From NCBI GenBank assembly GCA_051530055.1, contig CM121342.1, positions 1,956,797 to 2,020,796 of the forward strand: a stretch of 64,000 bases of DNA. Direction: 5' to 3'. Below the pieces are notes generated by a model that was given only the letters and a program-made list of their open reading frames with translations, ran no database searches and had not been told where the DNA came from. The position numbers and the translations under genes are program-made. The stretch's first letter is position 1. Every line of letters starts with the position of its first letter. Shown piece by piece: positions 48,400 through 59,601 of the stretch. Source of the stretch: Neoechinorhynchus agilis (taxonomy: Eukaryota; Animalia; Acanthocephala).

Positions 48400-50460
48400 T
48401 CATGGCCTTTAAGCCAATCTTCGAGCTCACCACTTTGTGAATATGACAAGCACCGAAAAACTCGAAGGCAGCCAAACTGATTACAATATTTCTCATCACT
48501 TTCCCACACATTATACCTTTCATTTAATTCTTCGACAAATTTCCTTCATCACGCGTCCGCCACTGTCTTCTTATGACTGTGATGTATTCCTCCGAATTCT
48601 GCACTATACATAAACGTCGATCCAACTACAAGGAATGTGCCAGCTATAAACATACTGAAAAGTTAAACTTTTGTAGCAAAACGATTCTAATTCGAGAACT
48701 TACAAATTGGGCGTAAAATCCCCTAGCAACAAATATGAAGCCAGGCTGCTTACTATTATGGACAGAGATGCCGCGAATCCTTTTATGATATTATCCGCAT
48801 ATTTTATAATGGCAGCTATTACAAGTCCACCTATTGCCTAAAATATTCGCTTTAAGGAGAAATTAAGTGTATCTTCAATTTTGAATTTGATAAAATAAAT
48901 AATTTTTTTATTTCTTCTAAGAAATTATGAAATGTCGTAAATTTCTTGTTCCTTGAATCCGGAAAGGAATCTGCCGAATAAATGATTGTCATATAGGACG
49001 AAGCAACGAACCGAGTCTCTCCCATGGTGAACGTGCAGTCGTGAAATCGACTAAAGAAGTGTCCCAAAATAAGTCGCGAAGAGTGATAGTTAGTGATAAA
49101 GGTGGCAAATTGGTTGTGATCGGGCGAAGTGTAGAAGAGCGAATGATGTCGACATTATTAGGAGATTGGACCACTTATGATTTAACAGCGAATGATTATA
49201 GCGAGGAACGCCGTGAGGAATTCCGTCCTTCCCAAAATGTGATTGATAGGCGCCAATTAAGAGGGTTCAGCGCTTACATCCGAGTACCAGAGATGCTAAA
49301 AGGTCCCCATCACAGGGACAACTGGATCATCGTTAAAGTGCAGGCCGATTATATTCGGAGTGAACGGCAATGGTCATCGAGTCCCAAAACTGTTAGCTAT
49401 GACCCAAAGTCCACTCCTCCAAACGACAAGGGTATATACTAAAAATGCGGAGGGACTGATTGAGTCCTTGCATTCCCGGCGAGGGGATTTAAATAACTGC
49501 CGACTAATGTCTTTTGATTTTGAAGTCTTATACACAAACGTCGACAATGATATGGCCTTAGGAGCTACGGAGAAAAGATTGCTTGAAACGAAAGCTTAGC
49601 CTTCATGGTTTTGAGATAACGGATCTCGTGTGGCTCATACGCTTAATCATCAAGTGCAAATTATTCAGGCATGGGAATAGGCTCTTTTGGTAAGTTCAAC
49701 GGTTTCACTATGGGAAATTTTGGTATTGGACGATCTGGAGAGGCAGCACATTTTCAACACATTACCGAACAACAGGTTATACCTGAGGTATGTGGATGAC
49801 GTGGGCACCCAGCGGACAATGTAGCCTCCCTCAGCTTGCGATTTAGGGCCCACGATGCAACCACATTTGAACGGTATTGCAAGCTTGGCAAGAAAGCTGT
49901 AGTTATGAATCGGTATTCTCACTGTCCTCTTGGGTGATGAAGCAAGCAATGCATAGGACTGCAATGATTCGCTCATCTTCGCCGGAGGCTGTAAGGAGCG
50001 CTGTTGGGGTTTTAAACAGAATGTTCGCTCAAAACGGTTATGGCGATCGGGAAAACGAGAAGCTTTAACGATGAGCAGAATCGGTTGGCGGACTCTTGAG
50101 AAAGAAGGAAAAGAATTGCGATTCCTTACCGACCCTCAGAATCTTATTTGTTAGCGAAGATTCCACGAGCGACATCAAGGGGCTCTTTTAAAAGAGACAT
50201 GACTAAACAGGACCAGATCCGGGTCGACAACATGGGAAAGACGGACGTACTTATGAACACCTGCGAAACGCATTGAACCCAAACGCAGCCTAAATGGGCC
50301 AAACACTACTCAAAGTTAAACCCAGATCAACGGACGAAACTTTCGACATCCGTGAAATACCAAGCGAGAGACCCATTGGAACTTTCGCTCACGGAATCAC
50401 ATCTCATGTTGTCGTAGGAGGGAGACGGCCAAAGTAAGACGTGTTATATTGCATAACCAA
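48400..50460 (+). mobile_element. Degenerate near-full-length PLE
   Basis: VSDKGGKLVVI...LLGDWTTY, RPII, LMSFDFEVLYTNV, YLRYVDDV, MFAQNGY, IAIPY and a decayed GIY-YIG tail. Confidence 0.85.
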
Positions 50461-50745
50461 AGGGACGAGTTGACTTTCTCACTGACTTTATTCTAACTCT
50501 ACCTTTGTAGATTGTTTTGGCGGACTCCGAAATATTGGTTAAAAATAAATTTGCTTCAACCGCGTAAATTGAATAAAATTAATTATAGAATAAAACTATA
50601 ATTTTTAATTAAATAAAGGGCCGAATTTTCCGGAACTGAAATGAGTTTAAGGATTTTAAGGCTTTTTATCATAAATCGAATCTTGCGTCAAGTGAATCGC
50701 CGAAACTACAACTCGATTTTTCTATAATTATATAATTAGTTTTAC

Positions 50746-51930
50746 CTGCAGAAATATAACCAGGCAAACTATTTGATTATACCCAGCAAAGAATCCTTCT
50801 TCCAAAATTCTTTTGCTATCGGTTGCATACGCAATAAATAATCCAATAATGGTTGAGTACAAAGCTTAATAAACGAATGCTAATAATTCAGATTGCAAAA
50901 AATTATCTACCCAAGTAAAGATTTTGAACCCAAGCCGAACGACCCGGCATTTTCATCATCTTTTCAAAGAATACGCCGGCAAAGCCACTACTGAGGCATG
51001 CAAGGGTTACTGCCACAAGACCAAGAAGTCGAGACGAATTCTGTCTTGGTGGTTTCTGCGCAGAATCGGACGGGTACTAAATCGATATTAAATTGATTTT
51101 TCGATGTAACAAAAGTTCTGACCTGAACAAATGCCACGCCGATTGTGAGAATTAAAAGAGAAATCCACTTTTGTCTGCTCAGTTTCTTATGTAAGATTAA
51201 TACGCTGAACATGGCTGTCGTGAGAATCTTGAATTGGTATGTAACCTTTAATGAGCAAAATGATATTTAAACTTTTGCGGAGTTATACATAACCTGGTAT
51301 GTGGCAGCGTCTAAATTTGAAAGAGCTACAAATAGTAGATTATTTTGAATTGTGTATCGGGTTCTTTTGGACTTCGAATGAAGGTTGTAAAAACATTTTA
51401 GTGAACTCTGTCGCCTATGTTGGCCTTTTTTTAAAACTGTGTTTCACTAGTTTTGCCTATTGGATTCTAATATTAATTTCTGCTGAAATGTCGAAATTCC
51501 CGGACACTGAACAGTCAGATAAAAAAATCGTGAACCTTGAAATTGGCCAAGAAACTGTATTAATCCACCATTGCAGGGAAGCAAGGATTTGTTGAACATT
51601 GCTTGGGTCGCTTAGTCAAATTTTAAAAATTGCCTCCTTCAAAAGTACCCTGTAAATAAAGGCTGGGATAGCCAGTTTAATGAAGTCCCATTTTCTCTCA
51701 GCTTCCTTCTTAATAAATAGTTTCAGACCACCGTTGGAATTCGTCGTAATGCAAACCAGAACTGCACTTAAGACGAACTTTAGCAACTCGGCCATTACGA
51801 TTGCAGAGGAGTTGATAAATAGCGTTGGAGTTGACCGAGTTCGTGAATATCGTAGGAGCAGTACAAGGGATGTAGTTTGAAATACGAGTGCAATCAGAGC
51901 ACCGTTTCTCACCAAGATGCTATGTCCCAT
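50746..51930 (-). CDS. SLC35A: SLC35A-family nucleotide-sugar (UDP-Gal/UDP-GlcNAc) transporter, interrupted by a MITE; 3' exon(s) not found
   Basis: Segments 51930-51653, 51354-51294, 51245-51123, 51076-50911 and 50864-50746 give [74 protein letters not shown] and GFFAGYN. Introns are 48, 46 and 46 nt. May be a pseudogene. Confidence 0.85.
51357..51652. mobile_element. 296-bp Tc1/mariner-type MITE with TA target duplication
   Basis: TA at 51355-56 and 51653-54. Ends are TCGGGTTCTTTTG and CAAAAGTACCCTG (imperfect TIR). Removing the element plus one TA restores TTT ATT TAC ACA ATT CAA (FIYTIQ). Confidence 0.85.
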
Positions 51931-52059
51931 TTCCGGAATAATTATGGACAAATGTAATTGCAAAAGATCGACAATGCGGAAGCAGGCTGATCCGTGATGA
52001 TTGAAGTAGCTGATATGTATCTGAAAAATGATTAGAAACAAGGAAAAGACTATCTTTCA

Positions 52060-54242
52060 TCAAAACGAGCCATTATTCCCTTGGCGCTCAATAGCCCTTG
52101 GAACAATCAAAGACGCCGATCGCCGGTCGTTGATCGCAAGTAAATTGGTCCATTTGTAGATGCTTGAACTTGAATATTGGTCACTCCTTAACTCGAATAC
52201 TCAATTGTTTTTTTGGATAAAATTGCGTACCTTTTGGGTGATATCATGTGCCACGAAGAAACCAATGCGTCCGCAAACATATCAATCTTCTTTACAAATA
52301 AACGGATATGCGAATAGTGTCTGTCGGATGGCATAATTTTGATCTGATTTCTTAAATATTGGCTTTAATAAGCAAGCATTGCGAAATACCTGATTAATCA
52401 ATTGATTTACGATTTCGGCTGATTTTGTAACGGGGCGCCATTGGAAAGTACTAGATAATTGATTCCATCGTTTACAAACGCGGACTGTTTTTTTGTGAAG
52501 GTCAACGAGGCAGTATCCTCTGTGATGCACCCAATCGACTTCAATCGTGGTGTATTCTGGACAAAATCGATTTTCTATCAATCCTTCAACGGTTGATCGT
52601 CCAACGTTTGCCTGAATAAAAACAACGAAAATTATTTCTAGCTCAAGCTATGTTTCCGAACCTACTGTTAAATGCCGTGGTCTAGAAATTATCCCTATGT
52701 TCAATGGCTTAATATTTTAGATGGTCAATAAAAATCTGGATAGCCTTTATTCACAAATCAGCGACGATTGTTCAGACGATTCTCGCAAGGTGACTAATAA
52801 GCACTGTTTGGTGATAAGATATGACTTTTATGGATTTTACTAGAATGACAGAAATAAAAATTCATTTGCTTAGATAATTTTGTGTTAACAATACGCAATC
52901 TACGCACAAAGAAATTAAGATTTCCTTTGTCGGTTTTAAATTTAGAAGCATTAATACAAGTTGTGAAGCTTAAATATGATCTTTACCACAATTTTCAATT
53001 AAAGTGTTAAAGTGAGCTAAAATTTCAATTAAAACCGAGAATATGGGAAAACATTAGTAGCCCTGGATAAAATGCAGGTTATTGGATAAGATGCCGTCAA
53101 TTAAATATGATTTCTAATGTTTACGTCAACTGGAAAGAATCTTTGATTGTTGATCCTTATTAACAAGCATTCATAATTTTAGAAAGCATTAAAAATGCGA
53201 AAATAAAACAGAGTTATAAAGTTTGAATGAGGATTTTAAATCAGGAAAGCAAAAAAATATTCGAAAAGGTGTAAATAATTACTAAGATATTCATTAAGAT
53301 TAAACGTACTCACTGTAACTAAAGCCTGTAATCGAATGCAAGGATATAACTTAGCGGAATCGAATACCGCCAGAGCGCAACTTCCACTACAATGTTCATC
53401 CATAAACGAATCCAATAATCGGACGACCTGAACGAATTCTTATAAAACGAACTAAAATTTCGAAATACCTGATTGACTTGTTCAAGACTCTTTCCAGTAA
53501 TGATTGAAAAACAATTAGTTGACAAATGCGCAGTTATAACTTGTTTTAAAAATGTTTGACCATAAGAAGACAATAATTCCTCAATCTGAAGCTCCTTTTT
53601 CTGTGCAAGGCTCAGCGTCTTTATAGACCGTGTAAGCAAATGACCACACATTCTCATAAGTTCAGCGATCTTATCGGTGCAATAACAACGACACTCCTCG
53701 CTTATATTCCCGCTCTTGGGATCATTTTTATTTTCAATTCTTAATATTCCCTTGATAATCGCGACCATATGACCAACCATTGGTTCTTCAAAATTCATGA
53801 TAATCTCCTCCCGTTTGCTTCGATCATCTCCACTCATTGTAAGAGCCAGGCAGCTTTTGGTCATCAATAAAGGACCTTTAAAGAATAACGAGATAGTTGA
53901 AGTTGCTTTAGAAAATAAAATCTTATGAAAAATTCTTGTCGCGCTTTCTCCTGATTTCTTCAGATGCTCCGAAAATAATTCACTGTTCAAAAGTAGCACA
54001 CCAAGGCGGTGGATTTGATCGACTGAAAGCTTATTTTTGAAATCCATAGACGAGTTATCATCGTGATCTTGATGCCAAGTACAAAGAGTCTGGGGACCAA
54101 GGACGGAATTCCATGTCGAAAGCTGAACAATAGTGTATGGTAGACTGCTGAAAGTCGGAATGCGAATCATTGAAATGTGCTTAGCTGATTCTGCGGACCA
54201 AGATCTTATACGTTCTAACTGTCCTATGTTTTCAAAACTCAT
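52060..54242 (-). CDS. C9orf72: C9orf72 homologue (DENN-like), ~443 aa; exons 54242-53469, 53427-53314, 52611-52390, 52343-52231, 52168-52060
   Basis: STWNSVLGPQTLCTW, LLNSEL, FLKQVITAHLSTNCFSIITGKSLEQVNQ-VVRLL, RLQAL and PEYTTIEVD align from memory with C9orf72 motifs (YWDNILGPRVRHIW, FLLNAISSHLQTCGCSVVVGSSAEKVNKIVRTL, PYPTTHIDVD). Introns of 41, 702, 46 and 62 nt keep frame. The last exon is least certain. Confidence 0.8.
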
Positions 54243-55199
54243 TTGTTTTCTGGAAAGTGAATGCACTTTTTTTAGGAAAAGACTGCTAAACACAAGTTCA
54301 TTCTACTGTTAGTAGTCATTAATTTGACCGATTAGAATCACAAACAAGCCCTCGAACTCTCAAAAGTAGTCGTTCTCATCAATTGATATTAAATCAAAAA
54401 TTACTTATATATTATTTCATCATCATCCAAAATATCATCGAAAAATTTCCTAATATCCTTGCAGATGTATTATTTTCAAATGTCACTTTAAGCAAAAATA
54501 ACGCTAATCTTTAGTGTTATCGACTAAATAAGAACAAAAATGGTGAAGGAATTCGATTTATTCTTTGATTTTATTGCTCCACTTGCGTTCATAAGATGCT
54601 TTTAATTGTTTAAAAACATTCCAAAGTTATTCCAAATTTCACTCAAGAATTTAAAAAATTAAAAGCTCGAAACGAGTGCACTGATCACGACCAATTTTAA
54701 TCAAATAAATCCCCAATATCACAGCGGCTGCATCTCCTTCGATAATAAAGAATGGAAAATTCCGTTTGGCCAAACAATTTATCGGTTCACGTAAACACGG
54801 AAAATTGCATTAATCACTGTTAAACATCTTTGAATAATTTTCCAATATCGCAAGGGTTACCGTTTATAAAAATAACACACGAGGCTTTACTTAAGCGCGA
54901 AAATTTGAATCGATCACAGATAAATTTCATCGAAGTGATTTATAATGTCATTAAGGCCGTATCTTTTTTAGAAAACAACTTGAGTAAAAATGTCATCAGC
55001 ATAAAATTCTGCATTGATCGCAACGAACTAACTTTAAATATAGATTTTTAAGAACTGGTCATGAGGCATACAAAAACATCGCTATTAAAAATTTGAAATT
55101 ATAAATGAATAAAAAATGGGGAATCTAATTTAACATCGAATTTTTATTTACTGGGTAATGTTTTCTGAAACCTGTATAATTTTTGAAATTCAATCAATC

Positions 55200-55290
55200 T
55201 TCATCTACCTCCCGCCGAATTCCAGCTTTTGTCCTTCCTCGACCGTCGCCATCACGCTGGCAGCATTGCCCCGTTGTATAGCCGTGATAT
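55200..55290 (-). mobile_element. Very short CRE 3' tip
   Basis: TAIQRGNAASVMATVEEGQKLEFGGR*, similar to 47625-47700. Confidence 0.75.
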
Positions 55291-55797
55291 AAGGAATAAT
55301 GGATTTTGAAAGTATGTCAAGTCTTAACAATAGAAAAGTCGTTGGAAAATCAGAGGGACAAACAATGTCTTTAGAACATAAATAACTAACTTTCAAGAAA
55401 TTATTTGATTTTCTAAATCATTTATGGAAATCAGAATAATCCACGCATGATTAATTCTTGGTAGTAAATATCGTAAAAACCTAAACTTCAGACACAACTG
55501 AAATCAGCTAATGTAGTTTTTTAAAATCAAAATTCGAAATCGAGCAAATCATTAGATTGACAATTAAAGATACCTACAAGAATACAGATTTCCGATGTAG
55601 CCAATTCGAGTGGTGATACGTGAAATGATGGATTTTGAATTCGATGTGGAATTACGGTACAAATAAGTTTTCGCGAGCTAGAAGTAGAACCTCTTAACCA
55701 GTAATATTCAAACGTATTTTTAGTTATACATCGATTATTGATATTCAATAAAGAGTCGAATATTTGTATTTACTAAAAGTAGATGTCGTTTTTATAG

Positions 55798-55881
55798 CGA
55801 ATTATAATAATTGATTTATTTGATAATTTTCGGCCTACACGAAGGCCGAAAATTATCAAATAAATCAATTATTATAATTCG
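55798..55881. repeat. Perfect 39-bp inverted repeat with a 6-nt loop
   Basis: CGAATTATAATAATTGATTTATTTGATAATTTTCGGCCT-acacga-AGGCCGAAAATTATCAAATAAATCAATTATTATAATTCG. Confidence 0.95.
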
Positions 55882-56980
55882 TGATAAAAAAGAAATGATG
55901 AACATCTTTACAACTTAGATTTCCCTTTTGAACATTGAAATGTTCACGCTTTGTTATGGCGGCAAATCGAATTCATTGAATCCTTATAAATTATTTGTAT
56001 TTTCAGCCATAATAAAACAGTCGAATTTCTTCAAATTTTTCCAACTATTGAGTCAAAATACAGAGAAAAGGGAACATTAAGATTTAGAGTTAAAAATATT
56101 TAATAGGCCACCTCGTACGTTTCGTTCATTTCTTTCACGGGAGGATCTACGAATATTTCGAAGAATACAACAATTATTCAAGTTTCGTACAACTTTAAGA
56201 GTCCTATGATTTAAAAATGATTTTCACAAGATAGTTTTACCCATATAAAAGCTAAGAAGTGGATAAATCCCGAAAAACCTGGATCTTTCTAAAATACAAA
56301 TAGTTTTCACTTTAATCTATATATGATTTTAAAAGATTTTAGTAGTATTTAATTCCCAGTGAACAACCGTAAAATTTTATTTTTATTTACTTTACTTGCA
56401 TGCCACCTCATTGGTGATTAGAAGCTCAGTATACAGAATTCGGCTTAAAAAATCATTTTGGGGAGGATATAAAGTAGAACACCGTTTATGCGAATTAACT
56501 GGGAGTGGAAACCACTCGGATAAGAGATTTTTTGGGATAACCGAAACCCCAATGTGATGTAGGTTCTTAACATGCGGGCCGAAAGTGGTTTTAAAAAGCG
56601 AAATTAGGATAGAATTGCATAATTTTAGCTTGATTGCTTAAAATAGTCACTAATTTTTCTATGTACTTGTAGACCTTTGTTTTCTTCGCTGCAAAGTCTC
56701 TGATTCTCTTGAGTAGGACTGCATTCTGATCCGGATAAAATTGACGTTTCGGTTAATTGACATTCCCCTGTAGACACCGAATCTGACAAAATCCTCCCGC
56801 ATTTCTAATGTTCTTTGTATAGCAGAATACTCTTTTCCAGGAATGGATTCGTCAGTCATGAAAAATCCAACTGATAATCTCCTCACAAATCATCGACCAC
56901 GAGGAACTGCCGAGAGAGGAAGCACCACTCTCGAGAGCATGATCTACTTTGTAATCTCACAAAACAGTCCAACGCAAATA

Positions 56981-57221
56981 CACTTATTTTGCTTTCTTAA
57001 AAACGCCATTAGGGACTTTGGAGTTTATATCAAATTTATCTTGTTTCTTTGCACCACTATCACCTTCCGTCGCTTTTTTCTTTAAAATATCACCAAATAT
57101 TTTAATAAAACACACTTATTTTGCTTTCTTAAAAACGCCATTAAAAACTTTTGAGTTTATATCAAATTTCTCCTGCCTCTTTGCACCACTTTCACCTTCC
57201 GTCGCTTTTTTCTTTAAAATA
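56981..57221 (-). repeat. 132-bp tandem duplication spanning the MCM10 stop codon
   Basis: The units encode DILKKKATEGESGAKRQEKFDINSKVFNGVFKKAK* and DILKKKATEGDSGAKKQDKFDINSKVPNGVFKKAK*. Confidence 0.9.
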
Positions 57222-58285
57222 TCAGCGTTAATGCACTTTTCTTGTTTCTCGTAGACCCAATCATTTCGATCGTAACTCTTGACTCCATTAGTTCTCACTT
57301 CAGATGGAGACATTTTCATCATCTTCTGTGCTTGAAGTCCCAGTGGAACGCTTCTATTTAATGCCTGTACCGATGGAAGTTGTTGCGATCGATATGCCTG
57401 ATTTGGCGGATTTTGAACATTCGACTTCCTTTTAAACGATTCTTTTCGTTGTGGCACACTAATCGATATTGATCTATGATATTTACATTGTTTAATGCAT
57501 CTTTTATCGATGAGATTGTTACATGGTTCATTGCGACCTCCTGAACAAACCACGGCATCGATAGCTAATCCGATTTCTTCGATACAATCAGCAGTGTTCA
57601 CTGAAAGAGCGCAAGTGTACGATTTGTATTCGGATTTTGGTGGCATCACACGTGGATTCTTGATAAAAATGTACATTCTATCTGGACACTGCTTCCAATA
57701 TTGCCGATAAGCCGCTCCGAACAAGAGTAAAACAGCCTGAGTATCGCTTAAATCGGTCAATCGCCAAACGCAGTAATGATTGTTCGAACGAGCCGCACTT
57801 TGTTTTGTGAATGAACATTGGTTCACAACTGCAGCTGTAACGTATTCTTCGTGTTTTGAGCAGTCGAAAGAGTTTATATCTTTGAGACTTAGCTTTGGAA
57901 TGGATGTCGACAATCGGGATCGGTCGAATGTGGTTGGGAGTCTTAATCTAAGACCATACAAAGGGTCCATAATCACACGCGGATCTGTTTCTGTAATTGA
58001 GCGATCAATATGCCTAATAGTAGGAGGTGTTGGTAGCTGTAAAGAGCTAGGTGGTTGATTTGGAACCTTTAACCAAAGATCTTTACAAAGAAGCCAGACG
58101 AGTTTGACGAGTTCTTTGCGTTCCATTGATGTAGTGCACTTTTCTACAAGTTCAGGAGCTGGACATTGTCCTTTCGAACATATATCCTTCAGTAGACAAT
58201 GTGCTTCGTCAACCACAGCACTTCGGGAGTTGTTGGAGGGATCATCACCCTGGTCCATGGCGTCCAGAATGTCATTAAGATCCAT
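57116..58285 (-). CDS. MCM10: MCM10 replication factor (internal OB-fold plus CCCH zinc finger), 389 aa, intronless
   Basis: DPLYGLRLR, YVTAAVV, YCVWRLTDL, LLLFG..Y..YWK, LSV....EIG.A.D and C(SGGRNEP)C(NNLIDKRCIKQ)C(KY)H match the MCM10 internal domain. Confidence 0.85.
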   Translation of the reverse strand: MDLNDILDAMDQGDDPSNNSRSAVVDEAHCLLKDICSKGQCPAPELVEKCTTSMERKELVKLVWLLCKDLWLKVPNQPPSSLQLPTPPTIRHIDRSITETDPRVIMDPLYGLRLRLPTTFDRSRLSTSIPKLSLKDINSFDCSKHEEYVTAAVVNQCSFTKQSAARSNNHYCVWRLTDLSDTQAVLLLFGAAYRQYWKQCPDRMYIFIKNPRVMPPKSEYKSYTCALSVNTADCIEEIGLAIDAVVCSGGRNEPCNNLIDKRCIKQCKYHRSISISVPQRKESFKRKSNVQNPPNQAYRSQQLPSVQALNRSVPLGLQAQKMMKMSPSEVRTNGVKSYDRNDWVYEKQEKCINADILKKKATEGESGAKRQEKFDINSKVFNGVFKKAK

Positions 58286-58827
58286 CTAAAAGTATAATGG
58301 ACTAACGATTCACTTCTTATATTTTTGGGCTTAAATTACACGACAATTGAAAATCATTTAATGTCAATGTTTACCATTTTTACTTCATTATAAACCGTTT
58401 TATCACTTGGATTGGACCCATTGAATTTATTCGATCGTCGATACAAAAAAGCGAATCCAATGATTATTGGAACAAACATACATTTCACAATATTAAGCGC
58501 CAAAACTAATGAAATGTGATAGACCCTTTACTCTTAGGATTGAGTGAGCGTAAGAGAAATATACTAATTTGAGATAATTTATTGACCAAAAGAAAGTTAA
58601 TTTAGAATATCGCAACCGACGGTAAATTAGAGTGAAGATTGCGAGCAAGTGTACTATTTTTATACTATTTAACTAAAAAATTCGGTTTGTAAAATCACTG
58701 CTTATTTGGTTTGTGCGTTAAGTAAAATAGTGGCAAATATACTTATTTTATCGAATTTATTGATTATAACATTCTAATAAAATCACTTCTTTTAGTCTAA
58801 ATTTTTATTTTTTTATTTAGATTGCTG

Positions 58828-58965
58828 ACTGATTGAATTAGAGTCATTTTATCGATTCAATTACTTTTAAGTTTTAAAAACTTACAAACAATTGAAGATA
58901 CAAGCTCACCTTTTTAAAAAACTTATAAGCAATTGAATTGATAAAATGACTCTGATTCAATCAGT
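58828..58965. repeat. Imperfect palindrome (~52-bp arms, ~30-nt spacer)
   Basis: ACTGATTGAATTAGAGTCATTTTATCGATTCAATT... pairs with ...AATTGAATTGATAAAATGACTCTGATTCAATCAGT. Confidence 0.8.
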
Positions 58966-59569
58966 TCAAATATTCATTCGTCTTTAATAATCTCTCTCGG
59001 GTGTCGACAAGCGACCTAAATAATAATATCCTCAGTAAAAATTTATTTTAGAAAGCGTTAAATAAATTGATTTTATCTACATTTTTTGTGAGTTGTAAAG
59101 AAATTCTTTATTATAGTTTTAAATTGTAGAAAACTTGCAAACAATTGAATGAGGAAGGCCAACGAAAAGGCCGAAAATTTTCAAGATAAATCTATTTTCT
59201 AAATCAAACATCGCTAATCTTTGTGAGTTGTAAAGTAACTCAGATTTTCTCTTGGGTTCTAAGAAAAAATAAGTTCAAGTTTGAGAAAAGCGAAACATTG
59301 ATGGCGATGATGATCAATTGAACTCATCTCGTTCTTGAGCATAAATTATAAAGAGGTTGAGGACGAGCATTGTCGTAGCTTTCAAAAGAGATGAGTAAAG
59401 ATAACGAACTGACGTGATCGTCATGTGACTTTTGATGATAAATCAGAGCTGTAAAGGTAATCGAATTTTTTTTAACTTAATTTAGTTAGGATGCGAAATT
59501 GAATCGAATCTTAATCCGTGTGGAATACATTTGATCTGCACAAATTATTGTAAATGAGTATTTATTAAA

Positions 59570-59601
59570 GACGTTTCGAACCTCGTCGGGTTCATCATCA
59601 G
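59570..59601 (-). ncRNA. Minimal hammerhead ribozyme core inside the fold-back family
   Basis: Minus strand: CUGAUGA-U-GAACC(CGACGA)GGUUC-GAAA-CG-UC, with a palindromic ACGU stem III and a GUC triplet. Flanks GTAAATGATTA / TACTCATTTAC can pair. Confidence 0.65.

Noticed and set aside
56659-56886. 75-aa ORF downstream of MCM10 as its missing C-terminal domain
   Set aside because: No Cys pattern of the MCM10 CTD and no splice donor upstream of the stop to reach it.
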